Below, piece by piece: positions 49,945 to 60,541 of a stretch of DNA of 64,000 bases. Source of the DNA: Candidatus Cloacimonadales bacterium. GTDB lineage: Bacteria; Cloacimonadota; Cloacimonadia; Cloacimonadales; JAIOQZ01. Where the stretch lies: positions 3,424,001-3,488,000 of the forward strand of contig OY762463.1 of the NCBI GenBank assembly GCA_963665815.1, written 5' to 3'. The stretch's first letter is position 1; each line of letters starts with the position of its first letter. The notes below the pieces were generated by a model. It was not told where the DNA came from. It ran no database searches and saw only the letters and a program-made list of their open reading frames with translations. The position numbers were made by a program, and so were the translations under genes.

Positions 49945-50127
49945 CTTACCTATAGTTTTGTATGATAGCAAAATTAAGCAGCTTGGGTTAGAAAGAATTG
50001 ATGAGATTTATGAATTTAACAGGAAATCTTTTAAGAGAAACTCATTTTGAGGTAGTAGCTGATGAATTCTAAAATCAAGTCAACTATCCCAATTATGCAG
50101 AGGTCTTTTACCTTAACCGAGGATACT

Positions 50128-50502
50128 ATGGAAGAAACAAGGATTTTACTTATTGATGATGAAGATCAGGTCAGGCTGAATCTGAAAGCCTTTCTTGAAG
50201 ATGAGAATTTTGTTGTTGAAGAGTCTGCAACGGCGGAAGAAGGTCTTCTATTGCTTAACGAGAACAAATTTGATGTTGCAATTGTGGATATGAGGTTACC
50301 TGGAATGAATGGAAATCAGTTTATTGAGACAGCGTGTGAAATTCAAAAAAACCTCAGATTCCTGATACATACCGGATCACTTCTGTATGATCTACCGAAA
50401 CGTTTTGAAAAGATTGGAATCACCAGCAAAGATCTGTTTTACAAACCGATTCGAGAGATGAAATGGATATCTGACAGAATACAGGAAGTCATTGGGAAAT
50501 AG
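50128..50502 (+). CDS. Single-domain response regulator
   Basis: LIDDE, VDMRLPGMNG, HTG, KP. Confidence 0.92.
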   Translation: MEETRILLIDDEDQVRLNLKAFLEDENFVVEESATAEEGLLLLNENKFDVAIVDMRLPGMNGNQFIETACEIQKNLRFLIHTGSLLYDLPKRFEKIGITSKDLFYKPIREMKWISDRIQEVIGK

Positions 50503-50543
50503 TAAAGTGCCCAGACGATGTACCTGAGCACTTGTAAAAGTAA

Positions 50544-53500
50544 TTATTCTGCTGTTTCCGGGACAGCCGGAGAGGATAATCTTCTCTTGAATTCCCCCCA
50601 GGTAATCATTTCTCTGCTTTCAGAATCTATATTGTTTAGATAATCGTATATTCCTTCATAATCTCTAATTGCAATCACCTGATAAAACATCTGAGGAGCA
50701 AAAGCAGCAACTCCATTATGTGTGAATGTTGTATCTCTGACAATTGTGAGATGATAATAGGAATCGGGATCAGCCTCAAGAGTTTCACTGTAGTTTATAA
50801 CATAAAAATCAATATCAACATCTAAATTGTGTGTAGTTTTGGTAACTTCATCCCAGTTAATTACTGCATTACCGGAGTTGAGAACAAAACTGATGTTCTG
50901 AGGAGCCGGTATTGTATCATATTCTCCAGATGCATTCAGACTTACTTCTGCAACAGGCTGATTTGTTGAATCGTTTGTTATCCTGAGAGTACCATGATAA
51001 TCATTTTCCCCGTCAGGAGTAACAACTACCAATACTGTTTCAGTCTGACCGGGAGTCAAGATTATTGGGGATGAATTCAATAACTCGAAAACACTGTCTG
51101 TCGAATCTGTGAGAGTGATCTCAGTTATGTTCAGATTTACAGAACCGGTATTCCGGAATCTGCACTCCAAAGTATCTGAACTTCCATAATAAACAATTCC
51201 GGCATCAAGGGAGTCTTCAGTCAGAAATGTGATTTCTACAATTTCTTCAAACCATGGATCGAATATGACTTCCCCGTAATTCTGATTCTCATCATTATCG
51301 AATATATGATCATCAATAAGTTGGGCTGTATTGTAGTCCCACTTATTGAAAACTGCATTGACTTGATTTGCTGAGTTGTTTCTCATCTGAAATCCGTCAG
51401 AATTGTTGTTAGTTAATGTATTGAGTCCCGGGTTAGATTGTGTTTGCCCCAGATCAGGGGTGACACCACCATTTATCTCAATACCATAGCTTGTATTGCT
51501 TTTAACAGCGCAGTTTCTTACTGTAATAGATGAATTGTTGAAATTAATACCTTTGCTGTTACTATAGGAAATTTCACTGTTGTCAATGCTTCCGGTAACG
51601 TCGGCTGTAATGTATAATTCGGCTGAACCTGCAGCAGTGTATGACCCTCCATATCTCAAGATCGTATGGCTCATATCTATAGCAGCAACATTATCACTTC
51701 CTGAGTAAAATGCTATTCCTTTCCATTCCCATTGGTCTTCTGAGACAGCATTGCCATCATGCTTTGTGTCTCCACCATAGTTATCATCATGAATTGAGGT
51801 GAAAACAACAGAATCTGTTTCTGTTCCTGCCATAATAAGTGAACCTGAAACTTCCAAAGCTCCATTTGCTGATGATTTAAAAATTGAACCATTTGGGATG
51901 GTCAGAGTGACATTATCATTTACATAAAGGGTTCCTGTCAGATTAGTGACAAGATCGGAAGTCCATGTAAGGTCATTACTGACTGTACCTTCGATTCCCA
52001 GAGCATCTATGCCATTATTAATTAATGTGTTACCTGTATATGTGTAAAAAACTCCATCATCTATGAGAATAGGATACAAATTGTTGTTTTCGAAAGTATT
52101 ATTGTTTATCTGCACATCTGAACCATAAGATCTGACTCCACTGTAGCTGCTGTACTCAATTCTGCTGTTCTCTACAGTACTTTGACTATCATTTGCAAAG
52201 TATACCATTGCATTGTAATTATAGTATCCACCATAGCGAATTACACAATTATTGAATTGTCCGACACCATCATTGTTTCCATCTCCGGTGAAATACAGAC
52301 ATTGCCAGTCTCCGGGAGCAGGAATTGATGAAGTACCGTCACTATTGGTGTCTCCTCCGTAATTGTCATCTTTAATACTGGTAAATACTACAGGATTCGA
52401 CTGAGTTCCATTGGCTGTTAATGTCCCATTTACTTCAAAATTGGCACTACTGTTGATTTTAAACACAGTTCCTTCAGTTAAAGTCAGAACAGCATCATCA
52501 TTTATATAAAAATTACCTGTGATATTTGTAACTACATCAGATGGCCAGGTCAAATCACTTGTAATATTACCCTCTACTCCAAGAGCATTTATCCCGTTAC
52601 CAGTGAATGTATTACCTGAATAAGCATAAAAAATTCCACCATCAATCCACATAGGATATATATCGTTATCGGTAAAAGTGCTATTATTTATCTGGACATC
52701 AGACTCATAAGATCTAATTCCACTGTAATTACTATATTCAATGCGGCTGTTTTCTATTATACTTTGGCTTCCGCTGGTAAAATATAACATTGAACTGACG
52801 TTATAACTTCCACCATAACGAATAACACAATTACTGAACTGGCCAGCTCCTTCATTATCTCCATTACCATTGAAAAAGATTGATTGCCAGTCCCCGGGTG
52901 CAGGAATTGATGAAGTACCGTCACTATTGGTGTCTCCTCCGTAAGTATCATCTTTAATACTGGTAAATACTACAGGATTCGACTGAGTTCCATTGGCTGT
53001 TAATGTCCCATTTACTTCAAAATTGGAGACATTGTTGATTTTGAATATTGTACCTTCTGTTAAAGTCAGAACGACATCATCATTTATATAAAAATTACCT
53101 GTGATATTTGTAACTACATCAGATGGCCATATTAAGTCATTTGTAATGGTTCCGTTCACTCCAAGAGCGTTAATACTATTATCATTGAATGTGTTTCCTG
53201 AATAGACATTTATCACGCCATCATCAATTAAAACTGGATGTCCATTATTATGGGAGAAAGCATTATTGTTTATCTGGATATCAGAATCATTAGATTTTAT
53301 TCCACTGTAACTACTGTGTTCAATCAGACAGTTTTCCACTGTACTTTGACTGCCTCCGCTAAAATAAATCATGGATTGATAGCTGTAACTTCCACCATAT
53401 CTGACTATACAATTTTCAAGTTGTCCTGCACCATCATTGTCTCCATAAGAGTTAAACCATATTGTTCCCAAGTCTCCCGGTGATGGTGAAGTTGCATTGC

Positions 53501-55535
53501 CATCACTGTTTGTATCTCCACCGTATGTATCATCATAAAGACTCGTGAAAACAATAGGATTACTCTGAGTCCCAACAGAAGTTAAAGTTCCATACACTTC
53601 CATGTTTGCCCCACTGAGAGCTTTAAATATTGTTCCTTCAGTAAGTGTAAGAGTTACATCATCATTAATCGTCAGCCTATTCGTTAAACAGGTGACAATA
53701 TCTGATGGCCATGTCAGACTGTTTGTAATTGTACCCTCAATGGAAAGAGCATTTATACCATTGTTATTGAAAACATTGCCGGTATACTCATATATTGTTC
53801 CTCTATTTACTTTAACAGGATAATTAATATTGTTGTTGAAAGTACAGTTATCTATCTGAACATCACTTCTATATGTATAAACACCACTATAACTGCTGTT
53901 TTCTATCGTGCAGTTGCTGATAGTACTGGCACCTGAGCTGTAATAATAAATCATTGCCTGTGATGAATAGTCTCCGCCATAACGGAATATACAATGATTA
54001 AGATTGCTGATACCATTCAGATCTCCATTGCCATTTACTGACAGACATCCCCAGTTTCCCGGAGCAGGTGAAGTTGCATCGCTGTCATTATTGGTGTCAC
54101 CACCGATAGTATCATCGTAGCGACTTGTAAACACTATTGGGTTTGATGCCGTACCATTGGCATTGAGTGTCCCGTCTACCCATAACTTACCACTACTAAG
54201 TGATTTGAATTTTGCACCTGCAGTCAGAGTAAGAGTGATATCATCAGCAACGGTAAGAGTCCCGGATAAATCTGTTATAATATCTGAAGGCCAGGTCATG
54301 TCGCTTTCAATTGTACCTTGAATCAATAATGCATCCGTACCGTTATTGCTGAAGCTGAGACCTGAGTACGGATAGATTGTTCCATTTTCTATTACAAGAG
54401 GATAATCTCCATTATTGTTAAACGAAGTATTGTTAACTTGCACATCACTTTGGTGAGAACTTATTCCGTGATAACTGCTTTTTTCAACAATACAATTATT
54501 TACACTGCTGCTTTCGGCGTTATTGAAGTACAGCATAGAATGAAGGCTATAATCTCCTCCGTAACGGAAAACACAATTGTTAAGTGTACCGGAACCAATA
54601 TCATCAGAATATCCATAAAAGTTTATGCATCCCCAGTTACCGGGGGCAGGTGATGTTGCACTTCCATCATTATTGGTGTCACTACCGTAAGTATCATCCT
54701 TAAGGCTGGTGAAAACAATTGGATTTGCCACTGTACCGTTAGCAATCAAAGTTCCTCTCACATTGAGGTTACCTCCGGAAGTAGACTTGAATATCGTTCC
54801 TGCCGGGATTGTAAGAGTAGCATCACTGTTGAGGTCTACATCGTCGTTGAAGGTAGTTATAAGGTTTGTAGTCCAGGTCATGTCACTGGATATTGTTCCA
54901 TTCATGGCTATTGCATTAAAGGAGTTGCCGGAAGCTGCATTTGAGTTGTATGGCTTAATAGTAACATCATCAAGATCCACAGCGTATCCGTTATTATTGT
55001 TGAATGAACTGAAATTTATGTCAATCTCGCAATCATCTGCTTTTAAGCCGGAACCTGAACTGAGTTCAGATATTGAATTGAGAAATTCCGCCTGCTGACA
55101 GTAAGAAAAACGTATATTTGTGTATTGTGACTGTCCACCATATCTGATTCTGGCATAGTTAAACTCGCCTATGCCCTCACTACTGCTATATCCATTGATC
55201 ATAATTCCTTTCCAGTCTCCCGGGTTGGCATTACTATCAGATTGCGTAATGGTTTCACCCACAGTGTTATCATCAACTGATGTGAAAATTGCATAGTTAT
55301 TAGATGATCCATTAACGTCAATATGACCATTAACAGTAAGCCCGGAACCATGGGCAAATTTAATTACGGCTCCCTGTTGAACAGTTAATTGATGTCCTTC
55401 ATTAACATATATGTCGTCTTCTGCATAATATGTCTGATTAGTCAGGTTCATACCGGAAACATTACCATTGATAATGGTGTATCCGTTGAGAAGCAGGGGC
55501 AGGAAAAGAATTAAAGCAAAACTTATTTTTCTCAT
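50544..55535 (-). CDS. Large secreted right-handed beta-helix repeat protein
   Basis: Signal peptide; ~194-aa repeats with VFTSxxDDxxGGDTN..PAPGDW..RYGG; C-terminal Ig-like domains. Confidence 0.9.
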   Translation of the reverse strand: MRKISFALILFLPLLLNGYTIINGNVSGMNLTNQTYYAEDDIYVNEGHQLTVQQGAVIKFAHGSGLTVNGHIDVNGSSNNYAIFTSVDDNTVGETITQSDSNANPGDWKGIMINGYSSSEGIGEFNYARIRYGGQSQYTNIRFSYCQQAEFLNSISELSSGSGLKADDCEIDINFSSFNNNNGYAVDLDDVTIKPYNSNAASGNSFNAIAMNGTISSDMTWTTNLITTFNDDVDLNSDATLTIPAGTIFKSTSGGNLNVRGTLIANGTVANPIVFTSLKDDTYGSDTNNDGSATSPAPGNWGCINFYGYSDDIGSGTLNNCVFRYGGDYSLHSMLYFNNAESSSVNNCIVEKSSYHGISSHQSDVQVNNTSFNNNGDYPLVIENGTIYPYSGLSFSNNGTDALLIQGTIESDMTWPSDIITDLSGTLTVADDITLTLTAGAKFKSLSSGKLWVDGTLNANGTASNPIVFTSRYDDTIGGDTNNDSDATSPAPGNWGCLSVNGNGDLNGISNLNHCIFRYGGDYSSQAMIYYYSSGASTISNCTIENSSYSGVYTYRSDVQIDNCTFNNNINYPVKVNRGTIYEYTGNVFNNNGINALSIEGTITNSLTWPSDIVTCLTNRLTINDDVTLTLTEGTIFKALSGANMEVYGTLTSVGTQSNPIVFTSLYDDTYGGDTNSDGNATSPSPGDLGTIWFNSYGDNDGAGQLENCIVRYGGSYSYQSMIYFSGGSQSTVENCLIEHSSYSGIKSNDSDIQINNNAFSHNNGHPVLIDDGVINVYSGNTFNDNSINALGVNGTITNDLIWPSDVVTNITGNFYINDDVVLTLTEGTIFKINNVSNFEVNGTLTANGTQSNPVVFTSIKDDTYGGDTNSDGTSSIPAPGDWQSIFFNGNGDNEGAGQFSNCVIRYGGSYNVSSMLYFTSGSQSIIENSRIEYSNYSGIRSYESDVQINNSTFTDNDIYPMWIDGGIFYAYSGNTFTGNGINALGVEGNITSDLTWPSDVVTNITGNFYINDDAVLTLTEGTVFKINSSANFEVNGTLTANGTQSNPVVFTSIKDDNYGGDTNSDGTSSIPAPGDWQCLYFTGDGNNDGVGQFNNCVIRYGGYYNYNAMVYFANDSQSTVENSRIEYSSYSGVRSYGSDVQINNNTFENNNLYPILIDDGVFYTYTGNTLINNGIDALGIEGTVSNDLTWTSDLVTNLTGTLYVNDNVTLTIPNGSIFKSSANGALEVSGSLIMAGTETDSVVFTSIHDDNYGGDTKHDGNAVSEDQWEWKGIAFYSGSDNVAAIDMSHTILRYGGSYTAAGSAELYITADVTGSIDNSEISYSNSKGINFNNSSITVRNCAVKSNTSYGIEINGGVTPDLGQTQSNPGLNTLTNNNSDGFQMRNNSANQVNAVFNKWDYNTAQLIDDHIFDNDENQNYGEVIFDPWFEEIVEITFLTEDSLDAGIVYYGSSDTLECRFRNTGSVNLNITEITLTDSTDSVFELLNSSPIILTPGQTETVLVVVTPDGENDYHGTLRITNDSTNQPVAEVSLNASGEYDTIPAPQNISFVLNSGNAVINWDEVTKTTHNLDVDIDFYVINYSETLEADPDSYYHLTIVRDTTFTHNGVAAFAPQMFYQVIAIRDYEGIYDYLNNIDSESREMITWGEFKRRLSSPAVPETAE

Positions 55536-55734
55536 TAAAAATCTCCAGAATGTATTGATTACAAAAAAACATTAGTTACTTACCGATAGTCAGCACCAAT
55601 AATGAGTTATCATTTATTATAAACACGTTCATTAAAATGATTTTTGCATAAGCTGTCAACCATAATGTTATAAATTATTAAGCTTATGAGATAGTGATTA
55701 ATACATGAGATGTTAGATGAAAATAAGCGCATAA

Positions 55735-57591
55735 CTATTTTGGAATTTCCTCAATAATTGAGTCATAGAAATAATAATCTGCCATTTTTTGTGTGTATTC
55801 TTCCGGGGACATATCCAGAGGTTGAAGTTTATAGTAGTATCTCCAGTCAGTAAGGACAACATCATCATTGCCATCATTATCGATGTCCTTTACAAACTGA
55901 TATCTATATCCATTTGTCAGAGGTATGAATTCTTTAGCCGTTTTACCATCGAACTCATAACCAAACAAAGTTGTGTAAGGACCATCGTTTAACCAGAATA
56001 ACGGGTCATCGCAATAGTACTAAGGCACACCGTTCTCGTTCAGGTCTGCTTCGTTATAGGTAATATAATCAATAAACTGTGGATAATCTGCCTTAATAGT
56101 CCATTCGTTCTCCTGATTGATATAGAATCCCAGGGTTTCCCTATAGCCTTCATCAGCACTAAAACTGTAAAATACTGCAGCGAGTTCCTGTATCCCGTCT
56201 TTTTCTATGTCATCAAAGCTAATTTCTGCCAAGCTATAACCATTGGAATAGAATACAGATCGATTGTATTCATAGCCATGTGGCAACTCAATAAGTGTGA
56301 AAGTTTCCTGATTGCTAATGTTACAGATTTTTATTTCGGGTTTAAATATTGCTTTACTTTTTTCTACTTGGTAGCCAATTGCCAGTAAACTGTCATGAAA
56401 TGCAATGCATTCTATTGGATATTCTGAGTTCCAGGTTGAGATCAGGATATCTTCTGAAGAGTTGTATAAGAATATTTGTTTATTCTTAAAATATAAATGA
56501 CATTCCTCACCTTTATGATTAACAGGGGTATATCCATAAGTTAAGTCGTTTAGTGCTGTAATCGTATCACCGGGAACTGAACGTACAATCTCAGGGAAAT
56601 CCTCATACTTCCTGAGCAGCTCTCCTCGATACGATTTCTCTTTATATCTTATTTTAGTTTTTTTAAGCTCGAATGGTGCGAGAAGTGTTCCCTCATTTAT
56701 TGCTTTGGCAATTAAGAACCTGTTCGATACGTACTCATCATAGCAACTAAAACCAAGAAAATGTAACGCCATCTCGTATAGTTTTTTATACTGCCCTGTT
56801 TTGTATAAGCAGCTCATCATTTTAACATAGGATTCACAGTCTGATTCTTCCCTTGATGCTTTGTAAAGATCATAAGCTTCATCGTATTTTCCTGCAACCA
56901 ATAACGAATCAGCAGTAACAAAATCTAAAAGCATAAGTTGGTAGTTTTCAAGGGTGTATACGCTTTTTTTAGAATTCTTCTCTATCTCAATTAATGAGTT
57001 ACTGATATCTATCAGTATTCCATCATAATTCAGCTCTTCGGTTAAACGTCTTATACTATCAGCGTTATAAAGATGTATTTTTCCATAAGATGATGGTCTA
57101 TTTTCGTTTGTTACGATAACCGAAGCATTATTATATTTGAAGAGATTAATATCTGTGTAGAATTCGGGATAATCATATTTGCGTACATATTTCCTGTTCA
57201 TGAATAAGGTGTGAACAAAGTCATTACCTCGTAAGTAAGAATGCAATGCCCACACTTTCAAATCGTCTACAGTCATTATGGCAACAACCTTGATTGTGTG
57301 ATTTGCAGGTGAGATATTCTTATTCACGGTTAATCTTGCAAACTGAACAAAGAGTGTGTCTACAATAGTGTTTCTTGCTACTTTATCGGTTATGTCAGAG
57401 CAGTCTCTGTCAACAAATCCCTGGAACTTGTTTCTCAATAATGATAAATCAAATTCCTTTGACTTCAGGAACTTTTCTGCAATTTTAACAGAATTTATGT
57501 CATAAAATTTGTACTTATTGTTTCCACAAAATGCTGAAATTGAAAGGGATAAAAGTAAAATTACCAGTAAAATTATTTTTCTCATAAACAC
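55735..57591 (-). pseudogene. Secreted TPR/FG-GAP-like protein interrupted by one in-frame TAG at 56020-56022
   Basis: The 523-aa and 77-aa ORFs share a frame; the intervening codons are open (GVP*YYCDDPLFW...). Confidence 0.75.
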
Positions 57592-57974
57592 CTGTTTTTT
57601 TTAATTAAACCACGAAAGACACGAAACTACACGAAAAATATTGTTACAATAAACGGATTACTATACTAAGTATCTTCACCCGAACCAATGTCATATTTCT
57701 ATGGGTACTAACAAAGTATGTCAAGTTTCTTTTAACCATGAAAGGCATGTAGGTCATAGTAACAACACTGTTTTTTCCTTAGAATCTGTTCTCAGGCTGG
57801 GTAAAAAGGTAATTTTTGTTGCTTGACTCACATAAACATAATCCCTTTCGACTCCTCTCAGGGAACAATCATTTTATTATATATCAATATTTTAAGCTGG
57901 TTGAGTCCCGAAGAATCGGGAAAACCTGCGACATAAATAACAATTAACTTTAGGTAGCTTGCATTTTTACACCC

Positions 57975-58003
57975 AAAAAAAGACTGCCCTTGCGAGCAGT
58001 CTT
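57975..58003 (-). terminator. Terminator after glmM
   Basis: aagactgc..gcagtctt stem with a U-tract on the minus strand. Confidence 0.8.
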
Positions 58004-58010
58004 AAATATA

Positions 58011-59354
58011 TTACTTAGTCAGTATTTCAATTGTCTTATCACACAGCTCTCTCGAGTATTCTGTGCTTACGCTTTCAACATACACCCGGATAATTGGTTC
58101 CGTACCGGATTTCCTGATGTGAATCCAGTAATCCTCGGCAATATACTTTATCCCGTCTGTTTTGTCTTTTCTCAGCTCAGGATATAATGTATCTGCCTTT
58201 TCCATAATACCGTCGAGTTTCTCGGGAGCGACCTTAACCTTGTCTTTTGCAAAGTAGAAGTGTGGAATCTCAGTAGCAATCTCGGAAAGAGGTCTGTTTT
58301 CTTCTGCAAGCAGCCCAAGGATTAACGCTATACCTGCCGGAGCATCTCTAGTGTAATGTACTTCCGGGCAGATTATACCACCGTTTCCTTCACCGCCAAC
58401 AGCAGCTTCTATCTCCATCATCTTTTTACCAACGTTGATTTCTCCAACCTTGGTTCTGTGTACTTCCGCACCGAACTTGGCAGCTATTCTTTCTGATGCC
58501 ATGGAAGATGACAGGTTTGTAACAATATCACCCTTTTTCTTAGCGAGAATGAATTTCTCAGCCAGAAGCAGTGAGAACTCTTCACCAACACAATTACCGT
58601 TTTCATCAACAAGCGAAAGACGGTCAACATCTGGATCTGTCGCGAAACCTATATCTGCTTTGTGTTCTTTAACAGCCTGTTCGAGCTGTCCAAGATTCTT
58701 ATTCAGAGGTTCCGGTGTGTGTGCAAAATGTCCGTTAGGTTCGGAGTTGATTTCTATAACTTCACAGCCAAGTCTTCTAAGAAGCTCAGGGGAAACAAGT
58801 CCACCGGCTCCGTTAACAGAGTCTATAACTGCTTTATATTTCTTTGCTTTGATTTTCTCAATATCAAGATAGGGGATAGCCAGTATCTTTTGCAGGTGAT
58901 TTTCTATAGCATCATCTCTGCTTGTGAGCTTACCCATCTTGTCCCATGCAGCGTATTCTACAGGTTCCGGAATACTGCTGATGAGCTTTGAAGCTTTTTC
59001 AGGGAACAGGAACATTCCGTTTGCATCAACAAACTTCATAGCATTCCATTCCTGAGAATTATGTGATGCTGTAATAGATATTCCACCGTCAGCATCAGAT
59101 TCTTCTACAGCAAGAAGAACTGTAGGAGTAGAAACGATTCCGATCAGTTCAACATCACAACCGACACTGAGTAGTCCGGAAACAACTGCAGCCTGCATAG
59201 CTTCACCTGTTGTACGGGAGTCTCTACCAACGATTATCTTACCGCGATTCTGCAGGATTCCGAAATGAGCAGCAAACTTCATTGCAATGTCGGGAGTAAG
59301 AGTATCACCGTATACGCCACGTACACCGGAGACACTTGCCATTAATTTACTCAT
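58011..59354 (-). CDS. glmM: Phosphoglucosamine mutase / phosphohexomutase
   Basis: SGVRG, GRDSR, TASHN, DPDVDR, GGEGNGG, RKSGTEP. Confidence 0.85.
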   Translation of the reverse strand: MSKLMASVSGVRGVYGDTLTPDIAMKFAAHFGILQNRGKIIVGRDSRTTGEAMQAAVVSGLLSVGCDVELIGIVSTPTVLLAVEESDADGGISITASHNSQEWNAMKFVDANGMFLFPEKASKLISSIPEPVEYAAWDKMGKLTSRDDAIENHLQKILAIPYLDIEKIKAKKYKAVIDSVNGAGGLVSPELLRRLGCEVIEINSEPNGHFAHTPEPLNKNLGQLEQAVKEHKADIGFATDPDVDRLSLVDENGNCVGEEFSLLLAEKFILAKKKGDIVTNLSSSMASERIAAKFGAEVHRTKVGEINVGKKMMEIEAAVGGEGNGGIICPEVHYTRDAPAGIALILGLLAEENRPLSEIATEIPHFYFAKDKVKVAPEKLDGIMEKADTLYPELRKDKTDGIKYIAEDYWIHIRKSGTEPIIRVYVESVSTEYSRELCDKTIEILTK

Positions 59355-59361
59355 AACGCAA

Positions 59362-60531
59362 CTACCTTTTGTATTCTACTTTACCATTGATGTAGACGGT
59401 TTCTACAACAGATCTGAAATCGAACGGATCTCCGTTGAATATGTTCAGATCAGCACTTTTACCTGTTTCAATTGATCCGAGTTCATCCTGCATTCCGAGG
59501 ATTTCAGCGGGATTGAGCGTTACAGCTCTTAACCCGGATTCAGGATTCAGTCCGTATCTTATTGCAAGTCGGATATCATCGAACAGAGAGCCGATTCTCT
59601 CAACCGGAGCATCTGTCATCATGGAGAATTTAACACCTGCTTCATCAAGGATTCTAGCAGACTCAAGAGTCGCATCTTTAAGTTCAACTTTTGGTTTTGT
59701 TCCATTGATAGGTCCAATAATTACAGGAATGTTATTCTTTGCCAGGTAATCGGCAATCTTGAATCCTTCAGTACAGTGTTCAATAACAATACCGACATTG
59801 AATTCTTTTGCTAATCTGATAGCAGTCTGAATATCATCCATTCTATGTGCGTGAGCTCTCAATTTCTTTTTGTTTTCGAGAACTTCTACAATTATTTCTT
59901 TATCATATTCCGGGATGAACGGTTCTTTCGGCTCATCGTCTTTTTGTGGTTTGCTAAGCTGAAAATCTCTTTTGATTCTGTATGAATCTGCATCCTGAAG
60001 AGCTTTTCTGAGAACAGCAGCAACACCCATTCTTGTTTCCGGCATGGTACCCTTGCTTCCGTATACTCGTTTAGGGTTTTCACCGAAGGCACATTTAAGA
60101 CCAACATAGTCATTCACGAGCATTTCTTCCAGAATGTGGCTGATTGGTTTGACAACACACATTTGTCCACCGATAACGTTAGCACTTCCCGGGCCGATGC
60201 ACAAGGTTGTGACGCCATTACTTACAGCATCTTTAAAAGCTTCATCTTCAGGATATATTCCGTCGGCAGCTTTAACTTGCGGAGTGGTTGGGCTGGTAGC
60301 ATCGTTACCATCGTTACCCATGTCACCCATACCTTCATTGAAAACACCAACATGGCAGTGAGCATCAATGAAGCCGGGTGTTATCTGTTTATCTGTACAA
60401 TCTATGACTTCAGCATCTTTTGGGAGTTCAAAATCTCCTACCATCACAATTTTATTATCTTCTATAGCAACAGAACCGGTAATAGTTCCATTAGCAACTG
60501 TATGTATAACAGCATCTTTTAATACTATCAT
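59362..60531 (-). CDS. Metal-dependent amidohydrolase
   Basis: PGFIDAHCH, KCAFGENPK, HAHR, EH, TDAP, GKSAD. Confidence 0.9.
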   Translation of the reverse strand: MIVLKDAVIHTVANGTITGSVAIEDNKIVMVGDFELPKDAEVIDCTDKQITPGFIDAHCHVGVFNEGMGDMGNDGNDATSPTTPQVKAADGIYPEDEAFKDAVSNGVTTLCIGPGSANVIGGQMCVVKPISHILEEMLVNDYVGLKCAFGENPKRVYGSKGTMPETRMGVAAVLRKALQDADSYRIKRDFQLSKPQKDDEPKEPFIPEYDKEIIVEVLENKKKLRAHAHRMDDIQTAIRLAKEFNVGIVIEHCTEGFKIADYLAKNNIPVIIGPINGTKPKVELKDATLESARILDEAGVKFSMMTDAPVERIGSLFDDIRLAIRYGLNPESGLRAVTLNPAEILGMQDELGSIETGKSADLNIFNGDPFDFRSVVETVYINGKVEYKR

Positions 60532-60541
60532 TATTACTCCG

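Noticed and set aside
56020..56022. Pyrrolysine or genome-wide TAG recoding
   Set aside because: TAG is used as a normal stop by other genes here (e.g. 296, 35926, 50502) and no pyl genes are in the window
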